Positions 41,268 through 50,510 of a stretch of 64,000 nucleotides of DNA are shown in pieces. Every line of letters begins with the position of its first letter. The stretch's first letter is position 1. Under the pieces are notes generated by a model. It ran no database searches and had not been told where the DNA came from. It saw only the letters and a list, made by a program, of their open reading frames with translations. The DNA is from Oscillospiraceae bacterium (GTDB taxonomy: Bacteria > Bacillota > Clostridia > UMGS1883): NCBI GenBank assembly GCA_015068735.1, contig SVJW01000002.1:11438-75437 (forward strand), read 5' to 3'. Both the position numbers and the translations under genes were made by a program.

Positions 41268-42407
41268 ATGATAAAAGCACTTGTTAATACAAATATAGTT
41301 CTTGAAAACGGTATCCTCTGGGACGGAATTATTTTAATATCCGAAGACAGAATTTTAAAAATAGGTAAACCTGAGGATGTAGAAATTCCGCAGGATGCTG
41401 AAATAACAGATTGTGGCGGTGCATACGCAGGGCCGGGATTTGTAGATATTCATGTTCACGAGGGCGGTGGATTTTCCACTTGTTTTGAACCTGAACGTGC
41501 GGCTGAGCACTTTCTCCGCCACGGTGAAACTACGATTCTTGCAACTCCGTCATACGACCTGAATTTTGACGAAATGGTAAGAGCAATCAGAACTATCAAG
41601 GAAGCAATGCCCAAAGCACCCACAATAAAAGGAATGTATATGGAAGGACCTTATATGAATCCGAAGTACGGCTCTCACGCATACCAAAACCCGTGGAGAC
41701 ATCCAATCTGTGAAGAAGAGTTTAAAACGTTGGTTGACGAAGCCGGAGAAGATGCTAAAATCTGGGCAATTGCACCTGAAAGGGAGGGAATACTTCCTTT
41801 CCTTGAATATGCAAGAAAAGTCAATCTCGATACGGTTTTCGCAGTAGGACACAGCGAAGCACTTCCATCGCAGATTCGTGGGTTGGGAAAATACCGCCCC
41901 ACACTTCAGACACATTCAATGAATGCTACGGGAAGGCTTCCTGTAAGCGGCGGTACACGCAGTTTTGGTCCTGATGAATACTGCTTTAAAGAGCCTGATG
42001 TTTACTGTGAGCTGATAAGTGATTCTTTTGGAATTCATGTTAATTCTGAAATGCAACAGCTATTATTACATACAAAAGGCATACACAGGATAGTCCTGAT
42101 AACAGACTCAACAGTGTATGACGAGCCTGTTCCGGAGAAGTTTGCCCATGTGACCGACCTGAATTTTGATGCGGAGGGCGGCATAGCAGGAAGTAAACTT
42201 ACTATGGATATAGCTTGCCGCAATATAATGACACATACTAATTGCGGTATTGCACAGGCGTTTATTATGGCTTCTTTAAATCCTGCAAAAGTAATAGGTA
42301 TGGATGATGAAATAGGCTCTCTGGAAGTTGGAAAAAGAGCTGACATTGTACTTGTGGATGACAGATTTAATGTGAAGCAGGTCTTTCTGGGAGGAAAATT
42401 GGTATGA
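41268..42407 (+). CDS. Amidohydrolase-superfamily enzyme, NagA-like (N-acetyl-amino-sugar-6-phosphate deacetylase family)
   Basis: 379 aa ORF with the metal-binding motif FVDIHVHEGGG. It has the small N-terminal beta-sandwich and TIM barrel pattern of NagA and an NagA-like length. Confidence 0.55.
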   Translation: MIKALVNTNIVLENGILWDGIILISEDRILKIGKPEDVEIPQDAEITDCGGAYAGPGFVDIHVHEGGGFSTCFEPERAAEHFLRHGETTILATPSYDLNFDEMVRAIRTIKEAMPKAPTIKGMYMEGPYMNPKYGSHAYQNPWRHPICEEEFKTLVDEAGEDAKIWAIAPEREGILPFLEYARKVNLDTVFAVGHSEALPSQIRGLGKYRPTLQTHSMNATGRLPVSGGTRSFGPDEYCFKEPDVYCELISDSFGIHVNSEMQQLLLHTKGIHRIVLITDSTVYDEPVPEKFAHVTDLNFDAEGGIAGSKLTMDIACRNIMTHTNCGIAQAFIMASLNPAKVIGMDDEIGSLEVGKRADIVLVDDRFNVKQVFLGGKLV

Positions 42408-43768
42408 ATAAATTAAATGTCGGATTTTCAAAAGCAAATGTAAATCCGCCCTTAGGTATAGGCGTCAGCGGATATTATATTCCAAGATTTGCAAAAGGCT
42501 TTTTAGACGATCTTGAAGTGAGAACACTTGCATTTTCTTCGGCTGATAAAAAGATATTGATGATAAGTCTTCCTGTTTGTTTAATAAGCAAAGAAAAGTG
42601 CTTGGAATATGCAGGAATAATTGAAGAAAAAACAGGCGTTCCCAAGGAAAATATATTTATATCTGCAACGCATACGCATAATGGAGGACTTCTTGAAGTG
42701 ACAGATGCGTTTGAAGCAGATGAAACCCTAATAAACTCATATTCCGAATTAATGGGAAGCAGAGTTGTCGATAGCGCCGTTATGGCACTATCTGACCTTG
42801 CTCCTGCAAAAATGGGATATATTACAGGTTATGCTCCCGAGAGGGTTGCGTACATAAGAAGATATAAAATGAAGGACGGGTCTACGCTTACCTGTCCGCC
42901 AATTAACGATCCGAATATCGACTATCCCATAGGCGAGCTTGATCAACGAGTTCATATTCTTCGCTTTGACCGTGAAAACAAAAAAAGCGTAGTTCTGGTA
43001 AACTACGGACTTCACGCAGACACAATCAACGGAGAAATGCTCTCCTCCGACTGGCCTCATTGGATGTACAAAACGATAGACGCGGCGCTTGACGGTGTGG
43101 AAAGTATCTTCTTCAACGGTGCAGAAGGCGATGTGGGAAGTACACACGTATTCCCCGAAGGCGGAGACATGAACGATACAGAGATAAGCTTCGATAACGA
43201 AATGAAAAGCCCCGGAATGGCTCGTTTTGTAGGTCGTGCTATTGCAGGTACTGTATTACAGGTGTATGATAAAGTTCATTACATAGACGTTGACAGTATA
43301 GATATTATAAGGAAGACCGTTTCAGTTTCTGCAAATGTACCTTCTCCCGAGGACCTTCCTCTCGCAAAAAAGTACAAGGAACTTCACGAATCGGGAAGAG
43401 ACAACGAAATTCCGTATACGGCTATGCAGCTTACCACCGTTGTAGCAGAGGCTCTGCGTATGTGCAATATGGAAAACAGCCCCAAAGAGATTCAGCTTGA
43501 TATTACAGGCGTAAGGATTGGTGACGTTGCATTTGTCGGTATTCCCGGAGAGCCTTTTACAGAGATAGGCGTTGAGATTAAAAAAGCCGACGGATACAAA
43601 ATGATTATGCCCTGCGGTCTGACAAACGACTATGCAGGATACTTCCCTGTAAAAGAGGCCTTTGATGAGGGCGGATACGAAGCTCGCACATCCAAGTACA
43701 AGGGCGATGTGGCGGAAAAAATCATTGAAGGCGGAAAGGCAGTTTTAAAAGAACTTTTAAAAGGTTGA
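42404..43768 (+). CDS. Neutral/alkaline ceramidase-like hydrolase (cytoplasmic)
   Basis: 454 aa ORF whose N-terminal region matches ceramidase_alk, including the conserved zinc-site motif SATHTHNGG (family consensus SATHTHSGP). It overlaps the upstream gene by 4 nt (ATGA). Confidence 0.5.
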   Translation: MNKLNVGFSKANVNPPLGIGVSGYYIPRFAKGFLDDLEVRTLAFSSADKKILMISLPVCLISKEKCLEYAGIIEEKTGVPKENIFISATHTHNGGLLEVTDAFEADETLINSYSELMGSRVVDSAVMALSDLAPAKMGYITGYAPERVAYIRRYKMKDGSTLTCPPINDPNIDYPIGELDQRVHILRFDRENKKSVVLVNYGLHADTINGEMLSSDWPHWMYKTIDAALDGVESIFFNGAEGDVGSTHVFPEGGDMNDTEISFDNEMKSPGMARFVGRAIAGTVLQVYDKVHYIDVDSIDIIRKTVSVSANVPSPEDLPLAKKYKELHESGRDNEIPYTAMQLTTVVAEALRMCNMENSPKEIQLDITGVRIGDVAFVGIPGEPFTEIGVEIKKADGYKMIMPCGLTNDYAGYFPVKEAFDEGGYEARTSKYKGDVAEKIIEGGKAVLKELLKG

Positions 43769-43778
43769 TAATCAGCAT

Positions 43779-44648
43779 ATGAAAAAAATAGCATTGATAC
43801 AAATTATATTGGCAAGCATATTGTGGGGAACATCAGGAATTTTTGTTCACTATCTGGCACCTTACGGGTTCACTTCGTTGCAGATGACCTTTTTCAGAAG
43901 TGTGGTTTCCTGTATATGTTTGGCTTTATACATTTTAATTTTCAATAAAAAATTATTTAAGGTAACATTAAAACAATTACTGCTCTTTACAGGAAGCGGT
44001 TTGTCGTTCTTTCTTACGGCGACCTGTTACTTTTATTCCATGCAGGCTACATCAATCTCAACAGCTGTTGTTCTGATGTATACAGCTCCAATATTTGTAA
44101 TGATATATTCGGTAATGTTTTTAGGGGAGAAACTTAATCCCAAAAAAGCTGTTGCCGTTTTGACTATGTTTGTGGGATGCGGACTGGTATCGGGGATAAT
44201 AGGTGGGCTCAAATTTGATGCAATGGGCATTGTAATAGGATTTATGTCGGGAATAGCGTACAGCGCATATAATATTCTGACAAAAATCGAGATGAAAGGC
44301 AACAGTAACCCATTGTCAGCAACGCTGTATTGCTTTTTATTTGCCACATTGATAGGGGCTTTCACCTGTGGCATTGGGGACATACCGCAAAGTATAGGAA
44401 AAGCTCCTCAAATCACTGTGCCGCTTGTTATAGGAATGGGGCTTGCGACTTGTATATCACCTTATTTCTTATACACTCTGGCAATGAGGAAAATTCCTGC
44501 AGGAACGGCATCCTCCCTTGGAATTATAGAGCCCATGGCAGCTACTCTTTTCAGTGTTATAATATTTGGAGAAACATTGTCGGTAGCTTCTGTCAGCGGA
44601 ATTGTGTTGATACTCGGTGCAGTATTTTTGCTTAGCAAAAGTGATTAA
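43779..44648 (+). CDS. EamA/DMT-family transporter (10 TM)
   Basis: 289 aa ORF with ten hydrophobic helices arranged as two EamA repeats. Confidence 0.75.
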   Translation: MKKIALIQIILASILWGTSGIFVHYLAPYGFTSLQMTFFRSVVSCICLALYILIFNKKLFKVTLKQLLLFTGSGLSFFLTATCYFYSMQATSISTAVVLMYTAPIFVMIYSVMFLGEKLNPKKAVAVLTMFVGCGLVSGIIGGLKFDAMGIVIGFMSGIAYSAYNILTKIEMKGNSNPLSATLYCFLFATLIGAFTCGIGDIPQSIGKAPQITVPLVIGMGLATCISPYFLYTLAMRKIPAGTASSLGIIEPMAATLFSVIIFGETLSVASVSGIVLILGAVFLLSKSD

Positions 44649-44686
44649 AAAAGGTCGTTTAACCGCAAGGTTAAACGACCTTTTTT
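44647..44686. terminator. Bidirectional intrinsic terminator shared by the convergent EamA and MATE genes
   Basis: AAAAAA GGTCGTTTAACC gcaa GGTTAAACGACC TTTTTT is a perfect 12-bp stem with an A-run on one side and a T-run on the other. The MATE stop codon lies inside the stem. Confidence 0.75.
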
Positions 44687-46035
44687 AGTTTCGATATAGC
44701 AGGTATGTATGTAATAAATAAAGTTATGATTGACAGAATCCATCCGATGGGCCATACAAGATAAAGGAATGTGAGATTGGGGAAGAGCGGAAAAATTACA
44801 TATACCCATATAAATCTTAATATACACATATACACGAGTGTCGCAATTGTGGGGATAATCGGTTTTCCCATCCCCCTCAGAGTTCCGCACATTACTTCAT
44901 TTATACCGCAAATAAAATATGTACTTGAAATAATAATCATTTTTTGCCTTGAATACTCGATGACAGCAGGTGTGGATGACATAATAGAGGATAGTTGCCT
45001 TGAAAAGATTGCAGAAAATGCACCGAAAGTTCCACCGAAAAGCGCGGTAATCATTATAGCATTCCATACAACCTGCTTTACTCTTTGTATGTTTTTTGCA
45101 CAGATATTCTGTGCCACATATGGCGTTACGGCAAGTGCCGGAGCGTAAGAGATCTGATATAAAATTCCGTCAAACTGGTTGGCTATGGATATTCCCGTGG
45201 TAGCATCGGCACCAAACCCGTTAACTGCTGTGGTGATTACTACATTTGCCAGGGAATATAACGAACTTTGCAGTCCTGCAGGAACTCCGATAAATAAAAT
45301 TTCTTTAAGCTCCCGCGCTGAAAAACGGAGCTTCTTAAATTCAAAAGAAAAAGTATTTTTGTTTTTAAGTAATGCCCTGAATGCGAGAAAGGAAGAAACC
45401 AGATTTGCAATAATCGTGGAAAGTGCAACACCTTCTACCGTCATATCAAGCTGTGAAACAAAAATAACAGTGAATACGACTTTTATTACTCCGCCAAGGA
45501 GCAGGTAGTACATAGGCCTTTTCGTATCTCCCGTGGCACGGAGTATGGCGGCACAGAAGTTATACATCATCATCAGAGGGATGCCGTAAAAATATATTTT
45601 AAAGTATACCGTAGCATCCCGTAAAAGATCATGGGGGCAGTTTGTCATTCTCAAAAATTTTTCCGAAAATGTGACACCTACCGCCATCAGAATCAATCCG
45701 CCTGTTATAGCAAGTAATATAGATGTCATAACTGCTTTGTTGGCAAGGGCTTTATTGCCTGCGCCCAGTCTTTTTGCAACAACTACGTTTGCACCGGCAG
45801 AAATTCCTATAAGCAGACTGGTGAAAAGCGTTATAAGCATTCCGCAAGCTCCTACAGCACCGACAGCCCTGTCGTTGGAAAACCACTTAAGAGCCGTCAT
45901 ATCCATAATATTAAATAATGTCTGCGCAACGTTCATAATCATAATAGGGATTGACATTGCAAGCAGTCCTTTAAAAATTGAGCCGGACAGCATATTTGTT
46001 GTGCTTTTTCTCATTGTAATCGCCCCTTTATGCAA
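44671..46035 (-). CDS. MATE-family efflux transporter
   Basis: 454 aa ORF with 12 TM helices and a MatE repeat pattern. Confidence 0.8.
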   Translation of the reverse strand: MHKGAITMRKSTTNMLSGSIFKGLLAMSIPIMIMNVAQTLFNIMDMTALKWFSNDRAVGAVGACGMLITLFTSLLIGISAGANVVVAKRLGAGNKALANKAVMTSILLAITGGLILMAVGVTFSEKFLRMTNCPHDLLRDATVYFKIYFYGIPLMMMYNFCAAILRATGDTKRPMYYLLLGGVIKVVFTVIFVSQLDMTVEGVALSTIIANLVSSFLAFRALLKNKNTFSFEFKKLRFSARELKEILFIGVPAGLQSSLYSLANVVITTAVNGFGADATTGISIANQFDGILYQISYAPALAVTPYVAQNICAKNIQRVKQVVWNAIMITALFGGTFGAFSAIFSRQLSSIMSSTPAVIEYSRQKMIIISSTYFICGINEVMCGTLRGMGKPIIPTIATLVYMCILRFIWVYVIFPLFPNLTFLYLVWPIGWILSIITLFITYIPAISKLKKVV

Positions 46036-46121
46036 ATAATTGCATTATTCATAGAATTATAACATAATATTTTTAGAATATAATACGCTTTTTCATAGAA
46101 ATACTTGCATAAAAGATAGAA

Positions 46122-46865
46122 TTGATATATTATGATGTTGGTGATAGTATGAATTATTCAATTAACAGCGTAATCACAGGAAGTCATCCGCATTACCATA
46201 CAGGATATGAGGTTATTGTCGGCATAAAGGGAAACGGCACTTTTTTTATTGAAAATAAGAAAATAGACTTTTATCCCGGAATAATTGTAATTGTTCCGCC
46301 AAATACTCCGCATAGCTCAGTTTTTGAGGGGGAGAATGAGAGAATCTATGTAAACGGAGAATTTGGTCATGTTTTTAACGCGCGTTCGCCCATTGTTATT
46401 TATGATAATTCGCAGAAGGAGGGTATTACGCTTGCAAAAATGATTTTCCGAAACCGATATGCCAAAAACGAGTATTTATCTGCTTTGATTACGGCATTTG
46501 CGCATTTTTTGATGCAAAATCTGAAAAACGACAGTGAAATAAACCTTGCGGTAAAAGAAATAGTAAATGAAATTACGGATTCTTTTTTTGAAAGCACTTT
46601 GGATTTAAAATACCTTCTTAATAAAAGCGGTTATGCAGAAGACTACATGAGAGCAAAATTCAGGGAAGTTACAGGGTATACCCCTGTTGAGTTTTTAACG
46701 AAGGTAAGAATAAATCAGGCGTGTAGCCTTATTGATATGTACGGAAATTCGCTTTCGCTTTCAGAAATAGCGGAAAGATGCGGATACACCGATTATGTGT
46801 ATTTCTCCAGAAAATTCAAGATGATAACAGGTGTGTCCCCAAGAGAATTTATGAAGTTGAAGTGA
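46122..46865 (+). CDS. AraC-family transcriptional regulator (cupin + HTH)
   Basis: The N-terminal cupin resembles AraC_binding. The C-terminal HTH is IAERCGYTDYVYFSRKFKMITGVSPREF. An alternative start at 46149 is possible. Confidence 0.75.
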   Translation: MIYYDVGDSMNYSINSVITGSHPHYHTGYEVIVGIKGNGTFFIENKKIDFYPGIIVIVPPNTPHSSVFEGENERIYVNGEFGHVFNARSPIVIYDNSQKEGITLAKMIFRNRYAKNEYLSALITAFAHFLMQNLKNDSEINLAVKEIVNEITDSFFESTLDLKYLLNKSGYAEDYMRAKFREVTGYTPVEFLTKVRINQACSLIDMYGNSLSLSEIAERCGYTDYVYFSRKFKMITGVSPREFMKLK

Positions 46866-47507
46866 AAGAAAAAGAAATGCACCCAATAAAGGCGGTTTAT
46901 CCCTAAGACCAACCGCCTAATATGAGTGCGTTCTTTTTAGACGAAGTTGCCCTCTCAGGGTTCGTAGTGCAATAACAGGGAGTTTATCTCTCTTCTTTTT
47001 ATTTTATTTTTTGCCAAACAAAATCCGAACAAATGCCTATATTAAGGGAAACAATGTGTTTTTGCCTTTAGTTTTCATTTATGCACGCCATTTTTTGAAG
47101 AGAATGAAATTTTGTAATACGTTCTGTAAGATAACAATTTATCTCTTTGAGTTCTATAGAGAGCGTCAAATATCGTTAAAAAACGCCCGAAAACGCCTAA
47201 AACAGTAGGTTTTGTAAATCTTACTGTTTATTTTTTTGCCATAACGTGTGGAAAATGTGTAACTTCCTATATAGTGTTGTGGCAAATTTGTGGCAAGTTT
47301 TTACATATCAACATCAGTTTCATCGTCAATGATGGGAGAAGGACTAATAGCCTCACATAAAGTCATACTGCTATCTATTATTAAAAGTCAAGTTTCGTAA
47401 ATGATGCTCTTTTATACAATCAACTATAAATCAACGAACAAACCCCTTATTTATAGCCGTTTTAAGATCAATTTTGGGATCCCAGTCAACTATGAGTCAA
47501 GTAAAAA

Positions 47508-48971
47508 TCAAGCCCAGAAAGGAAGATATTTTCTGTTTTTATCCGATGTGGAATCCGGAGATGTTTTAATTAAACCTATTTCGCATGTTTCGTTAAGCAA
47601 CCTGGAAATCATAGAACTATTTTTACTATCAATATTAAATCTTTCTCTTAGTGATGCGTTTGTCATAACATCTCTATTTACGCGTTTAATACAAGCATGG
47701 AGATAGCAAGCTCTATATCTATCTTCTTTTGTCATCTTAGCATACTCTTTATGTGCATATAGAATTACTTTTGTATGATCATTGTAAATTTCGATTTCTG
47801 GAGCAGGTAATTGATAATATTCTGTCTGGAATACAACTTTATCATATCCGCTACCTCTTTCTTCACACACGCCAATTCTTCTCATAAAAGATGCTAGTTT
47901 TTCGTTTCTTGAAACAGGGGGATGGTCAACAAAGCGAGCCGTATCTATTAACGGAAGTCCAGGATTTGTTATTTCAAGTCTATCCTCAAATATTTCAATC
48001 ATGGGACTTGTTCCCTGCATAAAAAAGTTTTGATGTATTATTGCATTTGCTACAAGTTCTCTGATTGCAATTTCAGGATACATGGGCACAACTTTACGAA
48101 TTGCTTTGCCCAAGATTTCGTTGTTAGGCAATAGATTGCTTATATAATCAATCAATCCGGTGAAACCATTTGCATAACCTTTCGTTCCGACTTGTTCTTT
48201 GCTTGCAGAACTAACTCGGTCTGTTCCTTCATATTTAATCACTCTTACAGATTTTCGTTCTAGCGAAGGGAAATCGGAGAGCCTTTTTGCGAATAGAATA
48301 GCACCTAAATTTGTTATATTATAGTTTCCGGTTTCGCATTCGGAAATCATCCCATCATTCAGCAAGGCTTCTATAATACGATCTCTATCGCTTGGTAAAT
48401 CTAAGGATAACATGTCAAAATATGCTGAATAGTCAAGTTCTCTGAGCAAAAATTCGCCTGATACATTTTCCATTGCGATCATAGTTTCAAATGGCTTTTT
48501 TGAAAAAACAGCCCATAACTCGCGCTCTGTGTCAGGAAAATCTTTTAATTTTTTCTTATAGGAGTCAATTCTTATATAGTCGATTGACTTGAATTTAACA
48601 GGACTTGAAAAAGCTCGGCTTATTTCCAAAAGCACCACTTTCTTCTCATTGATTTGAGTCGTATGAAAATAGAATTGAACCTGTGGATCCAATTGCGTAC
48701 TTATCCATAGATCTAGACCTTGGTTTCCGATTTTTTCGGATTGAGGATCAAATGATGTACCAACGACATCGTGTGTTTTGTCATCTATGCCCCAAATCAT
48801 AAAAGCATGTTCCTGATTGAACAATGCTGCGGTATTGGATAAAGCGCTGATATATTCGCCTATCTCTTGTGGATTACAATTATTAGTTTTGAATTCAATC
48901 CAGGGCGATTCGTATTTATGTTCTCTTGCTTCGTTAATTATTAAATCAATCATATTAACATTGTAGGGCAT
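47508..48971 (-). CDS. AlbA_2 (Schlafen-like 'divergent AAA') + HATPase_c_4 ATP-binding protein; candidate abortive-infection/defence or regulatory protein
   Basis: The N-terminal ESPWIEFKTN motif is the AlbA_2 ESxxxE[FY]K signature. The C-terminal region (IRELVANAIIHQNF...) is HATPase_c_4-like. The second ATG (MPYNV...) has a GGAGG RBS. Confidence 0.6.
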   Translation of the reverse strand: MPYNVNMIDLIINEAREHKYESPWIEFKTNNCNPQEIGEYISALSNTAALFNQEHAFMIWGIDDKTHDVVGTSFDPQSEKIGNQGLDLWISTQLDPQVQFYFHTTQINEKKVVLLEISRAFSSPVKFKSIDYIRIDSYKKKLKDFPDTERELWAVFSKKPFETMIAMENVSGEFLLRELDYSAYFDMLSLDLPSDRDRIIEALLNDGMISECETGNYNITNLGAILFAKRLSDFPSLERKSVRVIKYEGTDRVSSASKEQVGTKGYANGFTGLIDYISNLLPNNEILGKAIRKVVPMYPEIAIRELVANAIIHQNFFMQGTSPMIEIFEDRLEITNPGLPLIDTARFVDHPPVSRNEKLASFMRRIGVCEERGSGYDKVVFQTEYYQLPAPEIEIYNDHTKVILYAHKEYAKMTKEDRYRACYLHACIKRVNRDVMTNASLRERFNIDSKNSSMISRLLNETCEIGLIKTSPDSTSDKNRKYLPFWA

Positions 48972-49172
48972 AACATCAACCTCCATCGACTATACAATAA
49001 CATATTTTTTTAAAACAGTCAATATTATTATATCTTTCAATCAAGTAAATTATACTGGATTATTGGGAGTTTGAAGAAAACTGTGTTAAAATTTGCATTT
49101 AATTTCTATTTGCAGTCAAGTAAATATTAAATAAATAATCAAACGTTCTTTGTTTCCGATAAAAAACAGAAT

Positions 49173-50249
49173 TCAACACCAATCCTCATACAATTCCAAT
49201 GGTGTAGGAATATAACCTTGGTCAAACAGTTTAGCTGCTTTGCTTGTTGCGGTTACATAGTTGGTTTCTATATTGGATAGCATCCAAATCATACGGTTCA
49301 CTGCCTTTTTATCCATCCATTTTTTATATGTTGAAATTGCTCCAGCGACGCTTCTCGTATTGTTAGCATATTCTATAAACTCTTTTAAAAGTTCTGTGTT
49401 ATCGGGTTTGTATTCTCCCATATCGATTCTTTTCAAAGCTTCTGAAAGTGTGCAGATTTTTCCATCATTACATATCCTTGATAGATAGTATCGGAATAAA
49501 TAGTCTCCTATTTGCTGGGAAGAATCCATAAAGTCTTGAATGCTCTTCAATTTGAATTTCTTCTTTAATTCGCTGACTTTACCCTCCATACAGCGAATCT
49601 CTATACGAACTATTTTCTCTGTACGCTCTATTTCGGATGCGGGAAATATAGCTTTATTTTTGCCCTTTTGTTCTTTAATCATTTGTCGCTGTTTGTTATA
49701 TATTGAAACCGCTATATAGTTATCGTTGTATACTGTAAAATCATCTTTCATGGGTTTTGTTCGTTTTGACTTTTCATTATATACTTCATAAAGCATAAGG
49801 TGAGGAGGGATATTTGCTCTTTTCATTGTTTTTATATATGCTTTGACTTGCTCCTGGTTTGCAAGTTCTGCGTTAATACAGAAATCGATTCTTCGCATTT
49901 TGCAATCTTCAAGCAGGGGGAGAAGCTTGCATTTATTATGAAGAATGAAGTTCACCTCTTTTTCAAGTAGATCATAATCGTTTGTATCAAAAAGCCCGAC
50001 AAAATCATGATTATCCATGACTCGTCGGGCTGAAATTCTATATATAATATGGTAGGCGTAATAGCCTTTCTTTTTGTTTTTGGTTATAAACATTTTTATT
50101 ATGATCCCCTGTTTGGAAAGCCCCCAGTAACTCATTCCGTTTGATTCTTTTTTCCACTTGTCGGGATCTTTTGTTTTAAGTGTATCTTGAATTAATTTAA
50201 AATCATCACCGCAAAGGGTGTGGCTTACTTCAAATGTATGTATTGTCAT
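49173..50249 (-). CDS. Rep_trans-like replication initiator/relaxase (rolling-circle type), putative
   Basis: 358 aa from the ATG with a GGAGGA RBS (MTIHTFEV...). The motifs RIDFCINAE, VSIYNKQ and IVRIEIRCMEG resemble the Rep_trans RxDxxxD, YDK and RxExR blocks. This assignment was made from memory of the family motifs. Confidence 0.35.
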   Translation of the reverse strand: MTIHTFEVSHTLCGDDFKLIQDTLKTKDPDKWKKESNGMSYWGLSKQGIIIKMFITKNKKKGYYAYHIIYRISARRVMDNHDFVGLFDTNDYDLLEKEVNFILHNKCKLLPLLEDCKMRRIDFCINAELANQEQVKAYIKTMKRANIPPHLMLYEVYNEKSKRTKPMKDDFTVYNDNYIAVSIYNKQRQMIKEQKGKNKAIFPASEIERTEKIVRIEIRCMEGKVSELKKKFKLKSIQDFMDSSQQIGDYLFRYYLSRICNDGKICTLSEALKRIDMGEYKPDNTELLKEFIEYANNTRSVAGAISTYKKWMDKKAVNRMIWMLSNIETNYVTATSKAAKLFDQGYIPTPLELYEDWC

Positions 50250-50372
50250 TGTAAATTCCTCCATAAGTATATTTATATAAATACGCATTTTTATATATGT
50301 AATAATATGATTTATAGCTAGTAATTTAATGCTATAAACTGTAATTATTATTGCATTATCCATCCCCTCCCA

Positions 50373-50391
50373 AGCTTATATAGCTTATATA
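50373..50391. repeat. Tandem 9-bp direct repeat AGCTTATAT x2 about 130 bp upstream of the Rep_trans-like gene (possible iteron or origin remnant)
   Basis: agcttatat agcttatat aaa is seen directly in the sequence. It is flanked by a partial inverted repeat CCTCCC...GGGGAGG. Confidence 0.3.
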
Positions 50392-50477
50392 AACATTATC
50401 CTACCGTGGGGAGGATTGTGAATCATTATTATAAATATGTTATGAAGTTTTGAAATTAAATTTTATTCTAAATAAAG

Positions 50478-50510
50478 GCGTTGCGGAAAATGCCGCAACG
50501 CTCTTTTTTC
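50478..50510 (+). terminator. Orphan rho-independent terminator on the plus strand (GCGTTGCGG-aaaatg-CCGCAACGC followed by TCTTTTTT) with no obvious upstream plus-strand gene
   Basis: A 9-bp GC-rich stem and a T6 run. The sequence upstream contains only an 11-codon ORF. Confidence 0.5.

Noticed and set aside
44771-46039. Plus-strand ORFs of 109-125 aa inside the MATE gene
   Set aside because: They are antisense to a 12-TM transporter CDS. Their translations are Ala/Pro/Thr-rich, typical of the reverse frame of hydrophobic genes.
46940-46975. Possible tRNA 3' fragment (CAGGGTTCGTAGTGC) that might mark an att site
   Set aside because: It does not fit the T-loop consensus GTTCRANYC, and no acceptor stem or CCA context is present. 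No tRNA could be folded in any intergenic region of the window.
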